A DNA stretch of 64,000 nucleotides from NCBI GenBank assembly GCA_048013815.1, contig CM106585.1:2356001-2420000 (forward strand). Direction: 5' to 3'. The notes beneath the pieces were generated by a model, which saw nothing but the letters and a program-made list of their open reading frames with translations, was not told the DNA's origin and did no database searches. This DNA is from Setoptus koraiensis. Taxonomy: Eukaryota; Animalia; Arthropoda. Shown piece by piece: positions 57,901 through 64,000 of this stretch (positions are counted from its first letter, which is position 1; every line of letters begins with the position of its first letter). Both the position numbers and the translations under genes were made by a program.

Positions 57901-60900
57901 TTGTCCCTCAATGGAGGTGATTGATTTTGAGTTGATTGATGGTGAGAAGCGGGAAAAAAAGTTTGCGGCGAATAAGCTTGTAAAATCTTTTGTATTTGTT
58001 CAATGTGATTCGCTCTACCACTTCCGTTTTCGTTCACATGTGACATATCCTCGTTCATATTGTTGCTGCTAAATCTGTCTCCATTGTGCTCCACTAAGTC
58101 ACCATAATCAATATGCTGACCATGCTCCATTACAGGTATAGTGGCCTGCACCGGCATGCCAAACGGTATCTTACTTCCGGCGGCCCCCTTCGTCGCTTGT
58201 TCGCCGCTTGTGGCCGTTGTTGACTCGAGTTGGTGTTGGTGCTTGTGTTGTTGCCCACCTGTTGTAAACATGAGCGCCAGTTGTTTGAGATGCTGCTCAT
58301 CGTGCGTGAAATCTTTGCCCGTTCCGTAGTTGTGGTTGCTTGTTTGTTTTTTGCTAGCAATATTTGGTGGCGATTTTTGCGAAATTGTTGCTTGCGCCAA
58401 GCGATTGGGGCCCACAGGCGTCCAGCCTGTATTCGACACGTCAGGTTGGCCGGGTGTTGTTGTTGTCGATGATGTCGAGTTATTCAGCTTATTCAATTGC
58501 TCCAAAAGTTTATTAAAGGCATCGTTATCGTTCTTGGCGCTGTTGTTGACGGCCATACTGAGCTGTTGATAGCGTCCAATTAATTCGTTCAAATGGCCCT
58601 CATCTGTCTGCTGGCCAACAATAGATGATGGATGAGTGGGCGATACACTAGGATGAATTTGGCCACTATTGTGATATTTGTTCAATGGTGAACGGTCGTT
58701 TGAGTCGGTGGAAACTGCTGTTGGCAGCATATGAGTGTCGTCGCTATTATTCAATGACATAATATCCTTTGGTCGCCCATTGTCCATTATCATCGACGAT
58801 GTTTGCTGATTGCGTATGGCCGACTGCAGTTGACTGTTTATAAAACTGGTTTCATCCTCAGTGGGCTTCAACATGAGCAGTCTGTTCAATGCATCCAATT
58901 GTTGTTTTCCAAGTCCTGCGAGTTTGTTATTTTGGCTGTTGTGAGCGGATAATATTTGTTGTGGCGACATTTCATTTTTAAATTTGTTGTTGTTACCGTT
59001 TCGTTGCTGTTCCACTGCCAATAATTCTTTGAGAAGCTGCACAGTTTTCAGTTTCGACTGGTCATTCTGTTGTTGTTTAGATTCATTCAGCACAGACTGA
59101 CCATTGAAATTTGGCCTGTACACGCCGGATGGATGATTTGAGGCGCTCACTTGGGCCAGCGAGGCCAAAGTCAGTTGGTTAGCTAGTAGCTCGAAGCTTT
59201 TGTCGATATCATCAGACAACGACAGATGCTTTTGCGGTTGCTGACTACTTGTGTCGTTCGCCATCGCACTGGTGCTACCATTGGTGTTTGCTGTTGTCAT
59301 CACAATATCTCTTGTTTTATCCTCTTGCTGTTGTTGAATAGTTGCATAATTATGATTTTGGCGATCCTTTTGTTTTTGTTGCTGTTGCTGTTGTTGCTCA
59401 ATGCGATCGAAAGACTTTGCAATATCTATTGCACTTGTCACCTGTCTCAGTATCTCCTCCTGACTGCTTTGGACAGAGGGCTCCGATTGTTGGCCCAACA
59501 TCGTCCCATTTGAGCCACCAGTTGAGCCATTCGTTTTACTGTTTATGCTCAACGCCGAACTAGGCTCTCCACCGGAAATGGCCTGCAAACTGAGGCCCAT
59601 GCTCGAGGTGAGCGCCTGTAGGAAATTGCTATTGTTGAAATTGCCCATCACTGCATCAGATCCATATGAATCATTGTTCATAGCTGATTGCGATACCGAC
59701 ATTGTTGAAGCCATTGCGCTTGAGCCCTTGTTTCCGGTGCTGTGTTGTTTTGTCGACTGTTGTTGCGACGACAATGCATTGGCAGCTGTAGCAGCACTGT
59801 TCTTTGTGCCCCATATATTTGTTTGTTGATGCTTGTGCTGTTTCTTTTGTTGCTGTTGATGGTGTCGATAGGGAAGTTGCTGTTGGATAAGTTGCCAGTG
59901 TCTGATATCTTGCAATTGCTGGCTTGGCGACAGTCTATGCTGCTGCTGTGACATCATTTGATTGTTATCAGCAGTGCTATTGGGTTCGCCATTGCTGTTA
60001 GAAGCAATCGCAATTGAAGCAGTTGTAATGGGTGCTGGTGTGGTTATTGTTGTTGCTGCCGTTGTTGATGTAATCGGTGATGGTGTTGACGAAGTAACCG
60101 GCGCACTATCTGAGGTGACACGCGACGAATTGATTGCAAGCCTAGAGAACATTTGGGGCCAATTGTAAGCGGTAAAAGAAGAAGATTTGATGGTGGGCTT
60201 GCTGATTGTCGCCAGCTCCATGGTCGTGTTGCGACCGCTAGAGCTGTTGTTTGTGTTGCTGTCGGGAATAGAATGGGGCAATCGCATCGATTTGCCCATT
60301 ATCTTTGAGCCACTACTGGACGCTAACATCGACTGCGGCTGTTGTTGCATGCTAGATGCTGCTGCTGCTGCTGATTGAGGCGACTCGTGGACAATATCCA
60401 TTAGCGACGGTGACAACATCATCATGTTACCACTTCCTGTTGTTGTATCATTCGCAATAGCTGGTACTGTTGTAATGGCCATCATGGTCGCTGGCAAGGG
60501 TGTGCTCGTTGGTGATGGTGTGTCTATGATGCTCAATGGAGTTGTTGTGCCCATTGGGGTCAATAGTAACGTCTTACTTGTGGTGATAAATTCGTCCACT
60601 TCCAAGTTTGTGGGGCCCTCTTGAGGAGATGCCTGCTGACTTCCGAATTGAATTCTGTTGAGCCAACGCTCAAAGCTGCTGGTATCTCCAACAGCACTAG
60701 GCATCAATTTATTCATTGATGAGCCTTGTTGTTTGCCATTCATCATCATATCAGAATTGTGATTACGTGATGCACTACTGTTGTTGTTGCTGCCAACAAT
60801 ATCATCATCGTCATCACCATTGTCACTGTCTGTATCGCTGTCTTCGTCCGAATCTATTTTGTCTACTGTGTTTCCGTTTGTCATACCTTTGCCATTTGCA

Positions 60901-62168
60901 CCTGTTTGTTGTCTTTCATTGTCCATATTAAATGTTTGCGATCTATTAGGCTGGTTTTGGACAATTGTCGCCCCTGAATTCATGTGATTCACAAACATTT
61001 GTGCCATTTGATTATGTCCGTTTATTGCGTCCTTACTCAAAAGTCCGCTCATCAACTGAACAGGACTGTTGTCGCTATTCATTGCTGTAACAGAATTATT
61101 ATTGCTTGTTGTTGTCGTCGTTGCTGTTGATGCGATTGAATCTAAAAAGTTGCTGTTGTTCATTTGATTTGTCTCTATCATTGCCACGCTAACCGAGGGC
61201 GCTGTCCCATTGGCTGTTGCTACTTGATTGGTCATATTGCTAGTTGATCTTACTCTCAACATTGACAATCTAGCTGGCACCGGGGAAGCTGAAGAACTCA
61301 TCTTGCCATCGTTCACATCGTCTTCATCCGCATCACTTGTTGTTGAAGTTGTTATAACGGGCCTCTTAGGAATATTGCTGTTCTGTGAATATTCCAAACC
61401 TAATCGTTGTTGCAACCATACATTTTGGTTCATATCGTAGTGATTGTTTAATACGCCATTTTGATTGCTGGTAGTAGGTCGATGGTGATTAACATTATCG
61501 CCATTTCTATTACTGTACATATACGACTGATGAATGCTAGTAGCTTGTGTTATTGGTGGCATCATACTGTTTTTATCTACATTGGATAGTTGCTGTTTTT
61601 GGTTATTGTTTTGATTTAATTGTAAATAGTCTCCATTATTGTTATTGCTAGGATGCTTATGAGTTGTTTGGTGATCTACTTTCGTTCGTGTTAACGCCTT
61701 GACGTGATCGCTCGCATTGTCTTGCACGTCGTCGTTGCTTGTGTCGTTTTGGTTGTCAGTCTCTTCGTTTATCATAGCAGCCTCATCTTCCTCGGCCTCT
61801 TCTTCTGATGGTAAAAAAGCCGCCAATAGATCGGATAATTTTCTCTCAGTTCTCGGCACTGAACTCCATCGGGAGCCACTATTGTGTGTTTGCTTCAGCG
61901 CTGGACTGACACTACTTCTAGTAACTGTCGATTGTTGGCCATTATTTATTTGTTGGTTTACGCATTCAACTAGACATTTGGATGTTATCATGAGCAACAA
62001 ACTTACAATCAAGGCCTTGTTAATGAAATCCACTGAAATGATCAAGTTTCTTCTTTTTTTTCTTTGTTTGCTTATTATACTATTATTGTTGTTGCCAACA
62101 TTATCATGCTGGTGATTATAATGGTGATAGACAACGAAGTCGACTTGATAAGTGATTGGTTTCTTCAT
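54927..62168 (-). CDS. Very large single-exon low-complexity protein (2413 aa) with an N-terminal signal/anchor helix; function unknown
   Basis: A 7.24-kb stop-free ORF with ATG start. A hydrophobic stretch (ALIVSLLLMITSKCLVEC) follows a basic RKKRR. The rest is Q/N/H/S/T-rich and nearly Cys-free, with no recognisable domain. Confidence 0.85.
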   Translation of the reverse strand: MKKPITYQVDFVVYHHYNHQHDNVGNNNNSIISKQRKKRRNLIISVDFINKALIVSLLLMITSKCLVECVNQQINNGQQSTVTRSSVSPALKQTHNSGSRWSSVPRTERKLSDLLAAFLPSEEEAEEDEAAMINEETDNQNDTSNDDVQDNASDHVKALTRTKVDHQTTHKHPSNNNNGDYLQLNQNNNQKQQLSNVDKNSMMPPITQATSIHQSYMYSNRNGDNVNHHRPTTSNQNGVLNNHYDMNQNVWLQQRLGLEYSQNSNIPKRPVITTSTTSDADEDDVNDGKMSSSASPVPARLSMLRVRSTSNMTNQVATANGTAPSVSVAMIETNQMNNSNFLDSIASTATTTTTSNNNSVTAMNSDNSPVQLMSGLLSKDAINGHNQMAQMFVNHMNSGATIVQNQPNRSQTFNMDNERQQTGANGKGMTNGNTVDKIDSDEDSDTDSDNGDDDDDIVGSNNNSSASRNHNSDMMMNGKQQGSSMNKLMPSAVGDTSSFERWLNRIQFGSQQASPQEGPTNLEVDEFITTSKTLLLTPMGTTTPLSIIDTPSPTSTPLPATMMAITTVPAIANDTTTGSGNMMMLSPSLMDIVHESPQSAAAAASSMQQQPQSMLASSSGSKIMGKSMRLPHSIPDSNTNNSSSGRNTTMELATISKPTIKSSSFTAYNWPQMFSRLAINSSRVTSDSAPVTSSTPSPITSTTAATTITTPAPITTASIAIASNSNGEPNSTADNNQMMSQQQHRLSPSQQLQDIRHWQLIQQQLPYRHHQQQQKKQHKHQQTNIWGTKNSAATAANALSSQQQSTKQHSTGNKGSSAMASTMSVSQSAMNNDSYGSDAVMGNFNNSNFLQALTSSMGLSLQAISGGEPSSALSINSKTNGSTGGSNGTMLGQQSEPSVQSSQEEILRQVTSAIDIAKSFDRIEQQQQQQQKQKDRQNHNYATIQQQQEDKTRDIVMTTANTNGSTSAMANDTSSQQPQKHLSLSDDIDKSFELLANQLTLASLAQVSASNHPSGVYRPNFNGQSVLNESKQQQNDQSKLKTVQLLKELLAVEQQRNGNNNKFKNEMSPQQILSAHNSQNNKLAGLGKQQLDALNRLLMLKPTEDETSFINSQLQSAIRNQQTSSMIMDNGRPKDIMSLNNSDDTHMLPTAVSTDSNDRSPLNKYHNSGQIHPSVSPTHPSSIVGQQTDEGHLNELIGRYQQLSMAVNNSAKNDNDAFNKLLEQLNKLNNSTSSTTTTPGQPDVSNTGWTPVGPNRLAQATISQKSPPNIASKKQTSNHNYGTGKDFTHDEQHLKQLALMFTTGGQQHKHQHQLESTTATSGEQATKGAAGSKIPFGMPVQATIPVMEHGQHIDYGDLVEHNGDRFSSNNMNEDMSHVNENGSGRANHIEQIQKILQAYSPQTFFPASHHQSTQNQSPPLRDNQRDNMHPVKDNQHQPFEQHPTSIVTDQQVALLPVLTEHPYKHHHHRSHPHHPLNNHRLHQHHNNHLLQHHNNNHLFEHSPAPLLASVNDNTRQQMAFYEWSQTDGNHSPGDFIRGVSPSPDHLYPHHRHPSRLKQATSAQVNNLPGVHFLSQPTTSVVPHHHYETSHIMTDDHHPHHFADNYHHVNRIIEQHLDQAPRQQHKIKTTEMSATSADNSDKIQLDSPSKTSKLTPSINAESQSSPENNAIHDSNNEDDNNDTQAAVNLDKSPAAHQQQQAAQAEQQQQQQVNAAKAGTWNYFVNPDHNQHQPPLVHLPAADISAILMARPDLVANMRLPTETKQQQLNTNVNEFDDHHFRPHFLNRDRVITATSIEYRPPFNGLRNIVAKTLLPQVQQSPLRPPFLQQQQLPAHIAPPAASRPSDHARYHAHAILTTLPLPRIHHHYYHTRQQQSLMQPSMLHAQQSLHNQHQLQQLQSPASRLRHHHHQQPHLINGNTGNNNNNMGGAYSSTQMKVHHMAPLLEDEENPNVLGVKGDDLLTVDGQRHLEQQQLEQMEHEQQHQKQQPNNEQQFDNNSDQQADQQSTPFHPARGQQMWKKPTYYQYNRHHPLDHHRNEQYHGGRQQRQRHFKDEDEHDNHWSMIAGPVANDLNEAQLNQSVENPFSNVQQQQQTSIDDDDSFAHLQQAPVNKSQQLDFKEQQAIINSTDTNSTQMNVSNGTNTDTNVKHQLDTKNWANVMSSTNLIAQTNTSMSDVDLTNDTKRQQQALAMNISTENGKNCCKIVAKIIKSSPQLLMDKLYEKQLREKQASGFNRKKRPFHISKIQLPFETNTADKLFSSYASLSHANNNQQRSIRPKFFYLDKHNQYRVGAESIRDRANAMGEPHQFNHAVDSANSCIHIDHHHMRQPLTNSGHHIDHPLIKQYDMMNSKNTRLDKYAYLHPLQSIAANRSPFQPATAIPATTIPAATIPSDQIKETSMPEIMTIDTIVTDF

Positions 62169-63513
62169 GATTATTATCTTGAGATCTTTTTTTTATTGAC
62201 CCATGTGTCTACTGGCTCGCTGGCTTGCTCTGGCACCAGTGATTATATTTGTCTTTTATTGTGGTCGCATTATTTTTTGCATTAGTTATGCAAATTGGAT
62301 AGTACAGGATTGTACATAGCAAATAATTGTAGCTAATTAGTCGGTGAGAAATCGTTTTTTCTCAATGATTTCAACGAAAATAGATTTCTAAGGTTGTTAT
62401 CACCACACATGATAATCAAGAGTAAAACGAATTGCAATTGGCTCAATCCTTTCGCCAACTCATCTTTGTTAAAATGCGCGACAATCATTTTTGGCCACTC
62501 TAAAACCACAAAATCTATCCAGATACAGTTGGTTAGTTTTTTAGGTTAGAGGCATATGCATTGATAGTAGAGTTTTCATGATGTAAATACCGTCTCTACC
62601 GTCTCTTTCTATTTTCCATCCCCATTTGATGTGGTGTCATCATGTTAACTTGTCATCATGCTATATAAATGCAATGTGATGATGCAACAATGATCTCACA
62701 AGCTCAGTCAACAATGATAGGTCTGCTAGTGGTGCGAGTGTCAAGAAATTTGGTCGCTGACCGCCGCATATTGTAACATACATCACAATTGGTTACATTC
62801 AATTGTCTGTTGCATATCTAATATCTCACACGGTACACCTATCTCTATCTATCACTATGTATGTATGTGATATGTAATGCATTGTACACTTAATGTTAGA
62901 ATGATTTTGTGGGTGCTAGACTGGACGAGACTGGACACAACAGGTTGCCTTAGCTCGGCAACTTTATTGTTGCAGCATCCAACAATAAGTTTATGCAGAT
63001 TGCACCATGTATCTAAGATGACACATAGAGGGAGAGAGAAAGACCAGCCAGCAGCAAACAGCGACAACAACAGGACCATCCAATGATAACAACAACAGCA
63101 AGTCAACAACCCAGTGTGGTCTTCGCAAACTTATTTGCAACAACACAACACATGACGATGAGATCACTAAGAGACAAACAAACAAATGCTGAAAATGAAT
63201 TAACAACAAGTGAGAGTGATATATTTCGCGATATTATTCTTTTCGCATTCTTTTTATTAGGGCGACAACTATCTCGTCGTCACACTATCACAATTTGAGC
63301 CAATTGTCCAAATTAACAAACTCCAAGAAATCGAGTATAGTGTTGTCATAGGCACCGACGTATCACGATAAACGAAATTATCTGGCGTTTGTTTGCAAAC
63401 AAGCGAACAATGGTCTGGCTAATGTCAGTATGTTTCTTCTTCACTCATTATCACACACGATACCCAGGCGATCATCTTCATCACGTTGCACTCCTTTCCA
63501 TTTGTTCTGTCTA

Positions 63514-63546
<33 letters not shown>

Positions 63547-64000
63547 AACAACATGATATGACGTCGCTTGACACTTTATCATTAGTAGCTGTAGGAGCTT
63601 TTGAGCTGAGTAAAACATCAATGAAACAGTAGTAGAAAAATATTATTCTAACGAATTTGATTGTATCCTCTCATATGAATCAATAATCGACTACGACGGA
63701 CAAAGAATATCCTGCACTGGCGACTGTCTACTCGCGTGCGATAGAAATACATGAGGTCTTCTCAAACAGAATCATGACAACGAGGAGTTGAGGTCTGAGG
63801 TTTATAAGAGTGTTGATATGAACATTTGACCATTGTAATCAACAAGTGTCATTATTCCTATCTCAGTAATCCAGAATCACTATACACCTCTAGACTAGAT
63901 CGAAGTAGATTTCAGCAGTCCACATCGTTATTGAACGATCCAGTTCGAACATTCGAAGTTGTAAGACCTTTTCACATGCCCATTGTGAGAAAAAAAGGAC

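Overview
Eukaryotic (arthropod) genomic DNA, not prokaryotic. It has GT-AG introns, dense microsatellites and intron-poor genes with long Q/H/N/S low-complexity tracts. This style fits a compact mite genome such as an eriophyoid mite, but that is inference only. Recognisable genes are TMEM256 (2 exons), Nuclear factor I (NFI, minus strand), a 4-exon Ig/FN3/DB-module membrane protein, an intronless Wntless and a USP37-like deubiquitinase. Unassigned coding regions are two orphan secreted-type ORFs at 11-15 kb (one disrupted), a small secreted protein with an acidic middle and a cationic segment, a coiled-coil protein weakly resembling TAB2/3, and a single-exon 2413-aa low-complexity secreted-type protein. 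Non-coding DNA fills 1-8.4 kb and 23-36.5 kb; the second stretch contains a 528-bp poly-T tract and a 500-N scaffold gap. The most unusual observations are a USP catalytic domain fused to a C-terminal A20-type zinc finger, a possible 541-aa N-terminal exon spliced onto NFI, and an antimicrobial-peptide-like precursor. That precursor, the DUB and the TAB2-like gene lie in tandem as a possible innate-immune cluster. All family calls come from reading motifs by eye; no database search was run.
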